From Lytechinus pictus (taxonomy: Eukaryota), in contig NC_087245.1 in assembly GCF_037042905.1 (NCBI RefSeq), positions 33,978,001 through 34,038,000 of the forward strand: a DNA stretch of 60,000 nt. The letters are read 5' to 3'. The notes below the pieces were generated by a model. That model worked only from the letters and a program-made list of their open reading frames with translations, was not told the origin of the DNA and ran no database searches. The translations under genes and the position numbers were made by a program. Shown here one piece after another: positions 25,015-39,168 of the stretch. The number at the start of each line of letters is the position of its first letter. The stretch's first letter is position 1.

Positions 25015-28000
25015 GTAGGTAATGTAGATATTACAGAAAACTTGTTAAAGTTTATTTTTTATATTCATTTTCTCCAGATTCATTGAATTCTTAATCTATC
25101 CCAGTGACTATAATTCTATGTGAACAATAATGATACAGTTCATTTCATTCAATTTTATATCACAAAATAACATTTACATGAACAGTATGTATCCATTGAC
25201 ATGACATATACATTTTCACGATGTAACATTATTGTACGCAATAGTCAAGATGGTATGACAATAAAAGCGGAAATTTTACAGCTATACAGTGCGTCGAAAA
25301 AATGTCCCTCTAACATAGGGCTGAAGTAATTCCAAAATGTGGTGGTATTTTCAATCAAATGCACATGGGTAGAAAGCTTATTTCATAATCTAACTTTTAT
25401 GAAAATTTCATTGGACTCGCTTCAGCGGTTTTGGATACACACTCTGTTACGCAACAGTGATGCATTTCAGCCCATTCCAAGTTTGCAACACTACTGTATT
25501 TCTGCATTTTCTTTAACATGTTAACACCGGCACTTTACCATCCAGGATCTGAGCAGGGACATTTGCCTGATCAATCCAGGCGCTCATCAAATCATAAACT
25601 TGAGCATAAGCAGAAGGGTGATAACCATCAAGAATAAAGTTGCTACACGAATCAGTGCACCAACTTGAAAGAAATACGAATGATGGATAAGTACAATAAG
25701 CTGAACAATGAAGAGCAAACCACATGTGTATCACACTTTGAGCCCATTAACTTAATGATATAAAAAAAAGAATGAAATCAAGAATGTATTATTGTTGGAA
25801 TTAGGCATGAAACGCACAATGTTTTGTCTCTATCATTGTGCATCTCCCATTATCAAACTTGAAATGAATTGTCAAGAACTCTTGTTGCCCTTTTTAACAT
25901 GCGCAAGGATGTCATTTGATGAGCCTGGTTAGGCCATGGAGATTTCCTAGTCAGCTCAGGGAATTCCCTGATCAAATTCTGAATGATCAAGGGCTTGATA
26001 TGCTAGGCAGTGCAGAACCAGCAGTGGTAGCAGTGATGTATAATTATGTATGCAAACTTGGAATGGGATGAAAAGCACCATTGATACATAATAGACTGTG
26101 TATTCCAAACCGCTGAAGCGAGACCAATGATTTTTTTTAATAGAAGTTAGGACTTGAGAAGAGTTCCTATTACCATACATTTAATTGAGAATAATTTTAT
26201 TTTTTTCAATTAATTTAGCCGTTTACCTCTGTATCAGAGGGACATTTTTTTGGGGGGCGGGGGTGCGCGCTGTATCAATAAAGCCTTCAGTGGGGAAAGG
26301 GGTGTCTGCACAGCGACAATGAACACAAAACAAATTTATATATAAAATAGAACGAGTTAAAAACGAACATAATATTATGTTGATGGTAATGACTGAGATG
26401 ACAATGACTGATAATAATAACCCCTATAATGGTGATGCGGATGAAGGCAACGATTCTGATGATGAAACTGATGTTAAGGATGATGATGGTGATGATGATG
26501 ATGATGATGGTAATGTTGATGCATGGTAATGATGATGATGATGATAATGATAATGCTGACGATGACGATGTTGATAATGAAGATGATGAATATAATCAAT
26601 GATGATGATAATGGTAATGATGATGATGATGATGAAGATGATAATGATGATGATGATGATGATGATGATGATGGTAATGATGATGATGATGATGGTGGTG
26701 GTAATGATGATGATGATGATAATGATGATGATGATGGTGATGATGATGATGAAGATGATGGGGATGATGATGATGATGATGATGGGGATGGTGATGGTGA
26801 TGGTGATGATGATGATGATAATGGTAATGATGATGATGATGATGATGATGATGAAGATGATAATGATGACGATGATGATGGTAATGATGATGACGATGAT
26901 GATGGTGATGATGATGATGATGAAGCTGATGGTGATGATGATGATGATGGTGATGGTGATGGTGATGATGATGATGATAATGCTGATATTGATGATGATG
27001 ATGATGATGATGAGGATGATGATGATAATGAAGATGGATGGAGGATGAAGCAGGTAAAGAAAAACAGGAAAAAAGAAATGAGATCATGACAGGAAAGTCT
27101 TGGTCATGTGACTTTATAATACCTGACATGCTCGATTTCTTTCACACAGATAAAAAAAAGGAACGTCTTGCGCCCCCACGTTGAAAATCGAAATACCTTG
27201 GTCCTGCATTTGCTTCTCCTTCAACTCTCTTTAAAAGAATATTAATACAATACTTTTCTTCAAAATGTGTCTAATATAGCAGCTTTTTTGCCATTTCGTA
27301 ATGAACTGTTGATTCACACAATATTCCGTCATTTTTTCTTCACACCTTACCTTTGTCACTTACGGTGTGCATTCATATTTGCTTTGATTGTTAAATGTAC
27401 TAAGTATCCTCCAAACAATCATTGTTTTAAGTCCCTATATTTAGTTTTTTATATTATCATATAGGCCTAATCATACTCAAATATCATTTGTATATTGCTT
27501 TTTTGTATGTTTTTGGGGCGTCGTGGTCTAGTGGTTACGACTCTCGTCTCTCAATGATAGGGACGTGGGTTCGAATTCGAATCCCAGCCATGGATTGTTT
27601 TCCACATTGTGCTGCACTCAACCCAGGTGAGGTGAATGGGTACCCAGCAGGATTAATTCCTTGAAATGCACTGAGCTGCTTGAGCTAAAACTGGGGTAAT
27701 GATAATAACAAGGCGCCTTGAAAAAGAGTATTTCTAGAGAGTTGGTGCAATATAAATGCCTATTATTATCATAAAAATTATATTATGTTTGTACATACAT
27801 ACATGCATACTCATTGTTTTTAGAGATGGAAGAAATAAACGGAACTGGATATTATTGTCCCTTGTTTTCATTCCCTCTATCACTGTAAAAAAAACACCAG
27901 TTTAAAATCAAACAGGAGTTGTTTGACACTGACTAGTGTTGTTTAAACATGTTGAACGTGTGTTAGCCCATAAGCTATATACACAAACCGATGTTTCAAT

Positions 28001-30831
28001 ATTTTCCTTATGTTCTACTACGTGTATATATAGATGACGGGCTGGTGTTAAAAATAAATGGTACTTGTGGTAATCATTTCAAAATGGGTGTGTACAGAAT
28101 CCAATGAAATGACCACCCAAGTGTATGTATGAACAAAAACATATGTGTGCCAAAGGATTCTGAAAGAATCTGTTTAACTGCTAAGCAATTAGCAAAACCA
28201 ATTATGAAATCCCAGCCCGATGTCTTGTTTTTTCCCAAGCAATTTCAGTATAATGTCCCACCTGTGCTTATTTGTGTCGGTGAGCTACAGTATAATTGCT
28301 TTTCACCTTAGATTTATCATGGTTTCACAAAGTTCAGTATTATTTAAGTGTTCCACATCTACTCTAGATCTAAGATTAACCTATAGAGACGCTCCCATGA
28401 TGCAATCAGTGTTTACTCTTTCATTGGCGTATTTTTGCAATCACTACGCGGACGCCTTCTACAACGCACCAATTCCTTTGAAAATACAAGTCAAATCACG
28501 GTGGACAGCTGCGAGGCTTTTGTCGAAAGTTGGTGGACCGGGAAAGCAGATTGTCCGAAGATTCGGACCGGACGAAAAAAGAATGCAAATGTGTCCTTTG
28601 TCTAGAGTCAAGGACGACACTGCTGTTTTGTCATTTAAGCTATTTTGACAAAAGGTTTTCTGCGTTATAGAAAGCGTCTACGAAGTAATTGCGAAAATGC
28701 CCTTAGGGCTTGATGGGTGCGTCGTGGTCTAGTGGTTCTGACTCTCGCCTTTCAAACAGAGGGTCGTGGGTTCGAATCCTAGCCATGGCGTGTTTTTCTT
28801 CAGCAAGAAATTTATCCACACTGTGCTGCACTCGACCCAGGTGAGGTGAATGGGTACCCGGCAGGAGTAATTCCTTGCATGCACTGAGCGCCGGTGATGG
28901 TAGCTCGAGCTAAAGCCGGGGTAATAATAGCAGCGCATTGTATATCATCAGGCAAAAAGCGCTCTATAAATCCAGCTATTATTATTATTATCTTTCAATT
29001 AACACCGCGGTTTTGTTGTGTGTAATAACTGTACCCCGCATCCTAGCTTTACCCCCCCCCCCCACCCCCTCTTCTCCCTCCCCCTCCAAGTTCCTGAATT
29101 CGACAATGTCTCTTTGCATGTTCTTTTCATATCTGTCTTATACCATAGGGCATTAACACGAGATCCCCACGTTGCAGGAACGCCACAGAACAAGAAACTA
29201 GCTGATGACATCCTGGCTAATTGGACAAGCTATGGATTTGAAGCGAATATCTACGCTTACAACGTCTTACTCTCATTTCCATCAACGGTAGAGGGAGAAG
29301 ACAACGCGGTATGTCTTTTCTTCTAAATCTAAGAGACTTTTTGTATCCTTTCTTTAAATTGTTTTACTAACTCATACGTGGATTGAAAATCATTGAAGTT
29401 ATACTGGATTAAACAGGAGATGCACACTTTACAATGATTAAAAATGTCTTGTATTAATAGGTTATGATAAATCATCGATGATCCTCAGTTTTTTTTTATT
29501 CTGGGATCCAGTTTATAATTTATTTGTATATCGATTCATTTTGAATATATATAAATCTAGCAGTGTTTAGTGTATAAATTCATCTGTCTACCCATTGCTA
29601 AGTTGTTTTATTGATTTATCAAGTTTATTTATTCATCCACCCATTTATTTACTTATTTCTTAATTCATTCGTTCTTATTCTTTAATTTGAATTGAATGTT
29701 TATGTTTCAGTTTGACTATTTTATTCATTTAATCATACTAATTCATTCATTTGCTAATTCCCTGAAGTGTCTTCATAAAATTCAAAATTTCTTCAAGTTC
29801 ATCTTTTTTTACACAACAGCATCACATTTTCTGTACTTTTTCCAGTCTTTTTCGTTTTTATATGAATTTATAGATATGGATTCAGCTATATACCTTCATG
29901 TACATGAAAATCTGTACTTATAAAATAAATACATATCTACAACTCGTCATCCCATACAGATCAAAGTCTTCAACGGGAGCGACGTGATCTTCCAGAGTCA
30001 GTTAAAAGAGGCTCCATTAGACGATCTATCCCGGGAAAAAGAGGACCTTATTTTACCTCCCTTCAACGCTTATTCTGCCTCGGGCGTACTCTCGGTATGG
30101 TTACGTTGTCATGGTGATGAGGAGAATGATGATGAGGAGAATAATGATGTTTATGAAATTATGATGGTGGTGATGATGGTGGCGGTGGTGATATTGGTGA
30201 TGGTGATGATGACGATAGTGATGGTGATGATAATGATCATGATTATGGTGATGATAATGATGATGACGATGATGAGGAGGTTGATGATGATGATGACGAT
30301 AGTGATGGTGATGGTTATGATAATGATGGTAATGATGATGATGAACATGATGATGATGATGGTGATGATAATGGGGATTTTTATTATTATTATTTTATTT
30401 TGCATTTTTAAAAACATAGAGAATACAAACAAATCAGATATGATGATACATGATAGAGAAAATAAGACCTGGATGAGAGTTGGAGAGGCTGCCTGGGTAT
30501 GGAAAATGCTAACTTAATAGCCACAACCCACAGGTCTTCCTCCCCAAACCTCCCCAACTCCATCCAGGTCAGAAAACTAATGGTAAAAATAAAATGAAGA
30601 TATTTAGAATCGGCAAAATACAATGGTCATACATGTGACTTGGTCACTTCAAGCCAACCCCCACAATACCTCCCGCAATCACATCATTATGTATCTACAA
30701 GCATTTGAATGATAAGCATGAAACATTAAAGCAATCGTAAATTTAAAAATATAAATATATGTACTGCATCTATCATAAGTAATGGGATATAAGACGACAC
30801 GATGATTATAATGATAATGGTGATGATGATG

Positions 30832-30864
<33 letters not shown>

Positions 30865-33800
30865 ATGATGATACTGATAACAATGATTATAATTATAATT
30901 ATAATAACAATGATAATAATAATTATAATGATGATGACATTACAATGATAATAATAAAGTTCCCCACTATACCATAAGATGTTCAGTTCAATGCTTAATT
31001 AAATTCAAGCAGCTCTGGAAACATGTCATTGAAAAAATCACTCCGCCGGTGGAGTATATATATAGAGAGCATAGAACAAAACTGAACTATTTCAGAAATC
31101 GTCAATGAAAATAGAATAAAGATTACCATTATCGTTATCCTCATAATCTTTAACATCTGTCCTTATTACTATGTGTGGTGTATCTTTATATCGGTTTTAG
31201 GGCGATCTTGTGTATGTGAATTATGCTCAACTCTCAGACTTTGAAGACCTGCAAGACCTCAATCCTCCCGTCAACCTTACTGGCAAGATCGCTATTGCAA
31301 GATATGGTAAATTATACAGAGGAGACAAGGTAAGTTCAATTTAATACAGTGCAAAAACTCCGGTGTTCATTTAACACCAGCCCGGAATCTATATATGTCC
31401 ACACCAGAGAAGTGTTAAACAGCACCAGTTTCGTTTTGGTCTAACACCAGATAGGTGTTTATACAACACCAATTAGTATTAAAACAGCATCGGTTTGATT
31501 CCAAACTGGTGTTGTTTCAATACCTCTCTGGTGTGGACATATATAGATTCCGAGCTGGTGTTAAATGAACACCGGAGTATTTGCAGTGTACAATCCTGAT
31601 TACATGGATTATCCGATTTAAAACAATTTAGTTTTTCATCTGTTTGATGTATTCATTTGTGTATTCTTTATCTGTTAACTCATTTACAAACATATTATGT
31701 TTGATGCCTTTTTGTATTGATACATTTATTTGTTCATTCATGCATTCATGCATTTAAACATAAATTAAGTTCCTGTTTGTATTCATAATCACCCTATCTT
31801 AATACAAATGTAGTTGATAACAATTGCTCTAAATGGTAGTTATATGGTGTATACAAGTTTTCTCTCTCCGGAACTGTGTTGCATCATCATCTCTCTACAT
31901 TTAACGAGTATCATGCTAGTTTCTATGTACTTTGATTACCACAAGTTTGCAGTATACAATTTTCAAGTAATTAACCTTAAGAAGTTGAAATTTTGTGTGA
32001 ATATCACTCGAGTCACAATAGAATGGCTGTGGAGTCTTTATCAATCAAAGAGAGGTTTTATTTTTTCTCTCTTCTGCAAGGCTGCACGATTATACTCCAT
32101 AAAGAATATTGAAAGTTTTCATTTCCAACTCCCCCAACAATAGCAGGAATTTCAACACGTTCAATGCAAGTTATCCAATATAAACTATTTGGTATATTAC
32201 ATACATATGCTAGGACATCAACATACGTAGTAGCATGCTACCATGTTTGACTATAAACAATATAGTGATAGAAGTCTCATTTCGTTTTATATTAGAAATC
32301 GTCATAGGCCCGTTTTCTTAAGTCCAATACAGTCAATGCATCAGGCTCCGAAGTAGGAGTGGGGATATGTGCCCTCTCTTTTGGTAACCATGTATTCTGT
32401 TAGAAAAATGAGCCCCCCCCCCCCACACACACACACAATTAAAACATGCATTCTCTCAAGATTGTATGGAGTGGTGATCAAAAGTTAGTGAACCCCGTCA
32501 GAAAATGAAAAGATTTAAAGTAGTCAAGTTCTGCCATATGTTTCAGATATTTAATTGTAAAGTCAGGTGATAAAATATTACATTCAATATATTTTTTCTG
32601 AGCTCTCCGAACATTGTAGTGTTGTTATTTACCTTTAACACTCGGCATGAATGAATGAATGAATTCATTCATTTTGTGGTGGGGTTCACTAATTTTTTTA
32701 GCACAAGTCTATAAAATCATGATTTGATACATTTGTGTACATACATGTAAATTATTATTTGTTAATTATCATACACAAAATACGATTGCTTTCTAAATAA
32801 AATCCATCCAGGCTAAGTTCGCTGCACAGTTTGGAGCAGCAGGTTTGATCCTGTATTCCGACCCCAAGGATTATGCCGTTGAGGGCGCTGAAACATATCC
32901 TGATGGTTTATACCTACCTGGTACTGGAACACAGAGGGGTAGCTGCTTAGATGGCAACGGTGACCCTCTAACTCAAAGCTATCCTGCAATAGGTACGTAC
33001 GTTCCGCTTAGATTGTGGTTATGTGAGTGTGTGGGAGGAGGAAAGGTGGGTGTCGAGATCTGTGTGTGTTTAGAAGGCCCCGTTTATAAGTGGGTATACA
33101 TAGATCGGGGACACATATGGATGCGTTTATGTGTACGTGTAGAATTCAGTAGGTTTTGGAGGCATTGTGTGTGTGTGTGTGAGGGTGTATGTGTAATATC
33201 TCATCAATTTTCGGGAGAGGCAGACGTGTGGTGTGGGTGTGTGATATATGATTCTCACAGGTTTGGTAGAGGCAGTCATGTGGTGTGGGTATGTGATATA
33301 TGATTCTCATACTAGGTTTTGTAGAGGCAATCATGTGGTGTGGGTGTGTGATATATGATTCTCATAGGTTTGGTAGAAGCAGTCATGTTATGTGGGTGTT
33401 TGATTATTATCATAGGTTTGGTAGAGCAGTCATTTGGTGTGGGTGTGTGATATATGATTCTCATAGGTTTGGTAGAGGCAGTCATTTGGTGTGGGTGTGT
33501 GATATATGATTCTCATAGGTTTGGTAGAGGCAGTCATTTGGTGTGGGTGTGTGATATATGATTCTCATAGGTTTGGTAGAGGCAGTCATTTGGTGTAGGT
33601 GTGTGATATATGATTCTCATAGGTTTGGTAGAGGCAATCATGTGGTGTGGGTGTGTGATATATGATTCTCATAGGTTTGGTAGAAGCAGTCATGTGATGT
33701 GGGTGTTTGATTATTATCATAGGTTTGGTAGAGGCAGTCATTTGGTGTGGGTGTGTGATATAATTATGATTCTCATACTAGGTTTTGTAGAGGCAATCAT

Positions 33801-36800
33801 GTGGTGTGGGTGTGTGATATATGATTCTCATAGGTTCGGTAGAAGCAGTCATGTTATGTGGGTGTTTGATTATTATCATAGGTTTGGTAGAGGCAGTCAT
33901 TTGGTGTGGGTGTGTGATATATGATTCTCATATGTTTGGTAGAGGCAGTCATTTGGTGTGGGTGTGTGATATATGATTCTCATACTAGGTTTTGTAGAGG
34001 CAATCATGTGGTGTGGGTGTGTGATATATGATTCTCATAGGTTTGGAAGAAGCAGTCATGTTATGTGGGTGTTTGATTATTATCATAGGTTTGGTAGAGG
34101 CAGTCATTTGGTGTGGGTGTGTGATATATGATTCTCATAGGTTTGGTAGAGGCAGTTATTTGGTGTGGGTGTGTGATATATGATTCTCATAGGTTTGGTA
34201 GAGGCAATCATGTGGTGTGGGTGTTTGATATATGATTCTCATAGGTTTGGTAGAGGCAATCATGTGGTGTGGGTGTGTGATATATGATTCTCATAGGTTT
34301 GGTAGAAGCAGTCATGTGATGTGGGTGTTTGATTATTATCATAGGTTTGGTAGAGGCAGTCATTTGGTGTGGGTATGCGATATAATTATGATTCTCATAG
34401 GTTTGGTAGAGGCAATCATGTGGTGTGGGTGTGCGATATATGATTCTCATAGGTTTGGTAGAAGCAGTCATGTGATGTGAGTGTTTGCTTATTATCATAG
34501 GTTTGGTAGAGGCAGTCATTTGGTGTGGGTGTGTGATATATTATTATCATAGGTTTGGTAGAATCAGACATGTGGTGTGGGTGTTTGATATATGATTCTT
34601 ATAGGTTTGGTAGAGGCAGTCATGTAGTGTGGGTGTTTGATATATGATTCTCATAGGTTTGGAAGAGGCAGTCATGTGATGTGGTTGTTTGATATATGAT
34701 TCTCAAAGGTTTGGTAGAGGCAGTCATGTGGTGTGGGTGTTTGATATATGATTCTCATAGGTTTGGTAGAGGCAGTTATGTGGTGTGGGTGTTTGATATA
34801 TGATTCTCATAGGTTTGGTAGCTAGAGGAAGTCATATTGTGTGTGTGTGTGATGTCTGATTCTCATAGGTTTGGTAAAGGTAGTCATGTGGTGTGGGTGT
34901 TTGATATATGATTCTCTAGGTTTGGTATAGAGGCAGTTATGTGGTGTGGGTGTGTGATATATGATTCTCATAGGTGTGGTAGAGGCAGTCATGTTGTGTG
35001 TGTGTTTGATATATGATTGTCATAGGTTTTGTAGAGACAGTCATTGTGTGAATGTGCGATATATGATAACATTACTTAAGGTTTGGTAGAGATAGCCTTG
35101 TGGTGTGGATATGCGGTATATTCATTAGCATAGGTTTTGTAGAGGCACTCGTGTGGTGTCGGTGTGTGGTGTCTGATTATTAATAGAGCTTTTAGATCCA
35201 GAGGCAGTCATGTGGTGTGTATGTGCGACGTCTGACTATTAGAGCTGCAGAAATGTGGTGTGGATGGGTGATGTGTGATAATTATAGATCTGGGAGATGC
35301 CGACATGCGATGTGCGATGTCTGATTATTTGGTTTGGGAGAGGCAGACATAATATGTTGTTGATGTGCGATATCTGATTATGATATGTTTTGAAGTGACA
35401 TAAATGTGGCGTGGTATGGGTGTGCGATGTCTGATTACTATGGCCTGTATTCTGAAGTCAGGTTTAACTTAGACCATGGTCCAACTATGTGCTAAAATTA
35501 TGGGAAGCCAAAGGTGTCAAAATTTTTATTAAGTTGTATGTTTCTTATGTTTACTGTGCTCTTTCCTGATTCATCGATGGTGAAGACAATCATCTATTTA
35601 TACTTTCTCGACAATTATGAATGATTTGAGAGCCAAATGAGCTGAAGTATGATAATCTATACTGTTAGTGATTTATGTAACGATTGGCTTCCCATACTTA
35701 AACCACAACTTTAAACCCGAGTTTAAGTTAAACCCGACTTCAGAATACGGGCCTATTGGTTTTGTAGAGGCATGTGTGTCTATACGAGTTTGTGCATGAG
35801 GTTATGTGAGTGGGTGTGATGTATGGAGTCGCATTTACCTACATATTGGCTCATAGTGATTTGCGATTTCCTTTATCCGACAGAGAGTGCCTATCGTTTA
35901 CCCATGGAGAAGTCTACCATGCTCCCCACCATCCCAATCCATCCCATTGGATACGACGATGCCAAACTATTGCTTGAGTGAGTATCGTTCCAGGAGTTAA
36001 ACATCTTTTGAACGTATGCATGGTTTAGCTTTGCATCCCTCTCCCTATCTCTATCTTTCTTTCTATATTCTAGGCAGTTGTCATCGTATTGTCCACCTCA
36101 TGTACTTGTGTTGTGTTGTGTCGTGTTATTGTCCTTGTCTCTGAATTTCAAAATTCTGTACATAAGATTTTTGTTTTTGTTTTTCCCCCCCCCCCCCTTT
36201 TCGTTACTTATTTTCATGTACTCCTTTACGTATATTTCAATATTCCTTGTATCTAAGTTTTTGAGGGGTCCACATTCTACAAGCTTTGCTTTTTAGTGGA
36301 CCCCTCCATTCTTCTTATTGATATATACTTATATTGATTTTAATTATATTATATTTAATTATATTGATTATATTGATTTAAAATTGATATACACGTTAAT
36401 CTATATTTGAATTACTTATTGAATGTTGAATCTTGTTCATGCTTTTGTTTAAATTGAATCAATTATCTTGTACATATTTATATTATGTTGAAGAATGAAA
36501 AATAAATTTGAATTGAATTGAATTGAATGGTATGGTGGTTCCGAAAGACTGCTAGCAACACGGGAAGCCTTATGACAATATCCCGACAGACTGACAGATC
36601 TGAAGGAATCGCCAACCTGATTCCGAAGAACACTCCTGCGCATGCTGAAACGCTGTAGTATCCCGGTTTCATAATTTTCATGACATTACTAAGACATATA
36701 AAGGAGACATGCATACTCGCTTGCTGTCCGTTGTCAGATCCGTTATAAACACACACACACCCACCCACACACACACACACCCTACACACAAAACAACTAT

Positions 36801-39135
36801 CTCTTTATTTGTACGTATAATAAATTTTTCGTAATTTTGTTTTCACTTTCAGTTCCTTTGTTGTTCTTTTTCTGAGATATCTTGTATTTTCCCCCTTCTT
36901 TCTTAGCGCTTTGAAACTTTTGTATAAAGCGCTCTATCAATTTTGTATATTATTATTATTATTATGATCCCTCTCGTTAGTCCCTTGATTAGATCAATCG
37001 TCCCAGCAATGATAATGTCCTGAATTTAGATATCCAATCGTGCTGTTCCACTATAATGTGATAATAGTAGGCAAGTGTTTATTTAAAAAATAAAAGAATA
37101 AAAATAACGATAATAATCGTGCGTTGTATCATCCCTTTCTTCAGGAAAATGGGTGGAGAGCCCGTAGAGGACGAATGGGCGGGTGGTCTAGACTTGACCT
37201 ACAGATATGGCCCAGGATTTAGAGAGGAATACGAACAAATGTAAGTTGTAACACTGTAATCTGATTTGTGGTTACTTATTTTGTCGATGACTGAATAAAA
37301 AAATATGTTGGATTTTAAAATTCGTACGGGTGAAAGATTTTTAAAAAGCAGGGTTCGTCAAATTCAAAATGTTTATTTCAAAATACAATGTACCACGATG
37401 CTTTTGCAAGTATTTTAGTAATATCAACTACTATGGTTACTGACTTTTTTCAACAAAATAAATGTCTTGGACTTACGTGAAGAATAATTGACCTATATCA
37501 TGAACGAGGGCATTAATGGTATTCAAGTGAAACTGATCATGAATTGCAGGCCACGTGATCAATTACTCATTTATAATATCTTGTTCCCGTGATCGAAGTC
37601 TTGCATGGCTAATGTATGCATATTGGAATGGATATATTTTAGATTAAATCTAGACTAGATTTGGGAGGTTATAAAGTCAGAAGATTTTTTTCTCGAAATT
37701 TTAGAAGTTAGATGTGTAACATATTTTTGGTCTCAGTGGCAATGGGGGAGGCATAAATTGTGACCGCGAGTAATCGAAGATCCATCCTGTTTGAGAAACA
37801 ATTTTTAAAGGTTCTCATTTGCAAGTCAAACTATAATTCAACCAAGGTGGAATCAGATGCACACTTTTTTTTATCTTTTTAAATTTTGGTGAAATTCAAT
37901 ACTTTGTAGGGAGGTGACAATGAGCATCTACACCAAAAACCAGATGGCATATGGATGGGATGTGATCGGAGTAATCAGAGGAAGCGTTGAACCAGGTAAG
38001 AAAACATTACCCACTTAGTTCAGTCAAAAGAGGGATTCTATATTGGATGGGAGAGAGCTAGGCTATTTTTCTTCCTAATTCCAAAATCGGATAGCAAACA
38101 GATCGTGTACTGTTAGCGGGACTCTAGGATATACCGTACTGCCGCTGCTGCTTCTGCTACTGCTATTGATGTCGATACTACTGCTACTACTACCAATTAT
38201 GACAGCAGATTTTGGGAGGCGTATGGGGCTATTCTGATCTACTGATAAAGTGTTGATATGCATATTATTATACTGACATGAAAATTGTACATTTTAAACA
38301 GTGTATGAATTCATAAACGTGGTAACACTGATGAAATAATGCACTCACAAAGTAATTTATTTTTTAAAGTGCTTACCCGAAAATTTCGATTATCATTTGC
38401 ATAATTACCATATGATTAAACATATAGTTTGTTGAAGTTTGTTGATATACTGACCTGAAAACGGTGCATTTTAAGCATAATTTTGTAACAGTGAAGGAGA
38501 AACATTCAACAAATATACCGATCGCGAAGCACGACCAAAACGTTTTGGTATATTGCCTTGAACAATTTTATTGAAAACGTGAACACCTACGATATGTATA
38601 TCATGAGACATATGATGCAGACTTTAAATGCTCAAATTTAAGTAGATACACTGGCCTGAAAACGAATATTTTAAGCGTTTTTTTTTTAATACTTCCAAAA
38701 ACAAACTAATCAGAGGGCGAATAAAAATGCGAACTGAACTACTTCTTTTTCATATTGACTTTAGACCGAGACACTTTAAGCGCGATGTAATTCTATATCT
38801 CATTATTAAAACGGGTAGTGCGAGTGTAGAGTACTCCTACCACCACTCCCACAAACCCTACCTACTACTACTATTACCACTACTTCTGCTGCTGCTACTT
38901 CTACTACTACTACTACTACTACTACTACTATTACTACTACCACTACTACTACTGATGCCACTACTACTACCATGACTTCTACTACTTACTATTACTACCA
39001 ACTCTTCTTTTATCTCCGCCTCCGTCATCACAATCGTCACTGGTCGTACTTCTCCTACTATTACTACTACTACTACTACTACTACTGCTGCTACTACTAC
39101 TACTATCATTACTACTATTACTACTATTACTACTT

Positions 39136-39168
<33 letters not shown>

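Noticed and set aside
26523..27129. Long poly-Asp, poly-Met and poly-His ORFs
   Set aside because: Translations of an intronic (GAT)n microsatellite; gene A splices across it in phase.
28715..28790. tRNA gene
   Set aside because: The tRNA-like head runs into a SINE core and (TAT)n tail and has several dispersed copies, so it is a SINE.
33146..34519. Repeated Cys/Trp-rich ORFs and a CRISPR-like look
   Set aside because: Contiguous 52-bp tandem units with no unique spacers and no cas genes; eukaryotic intron.
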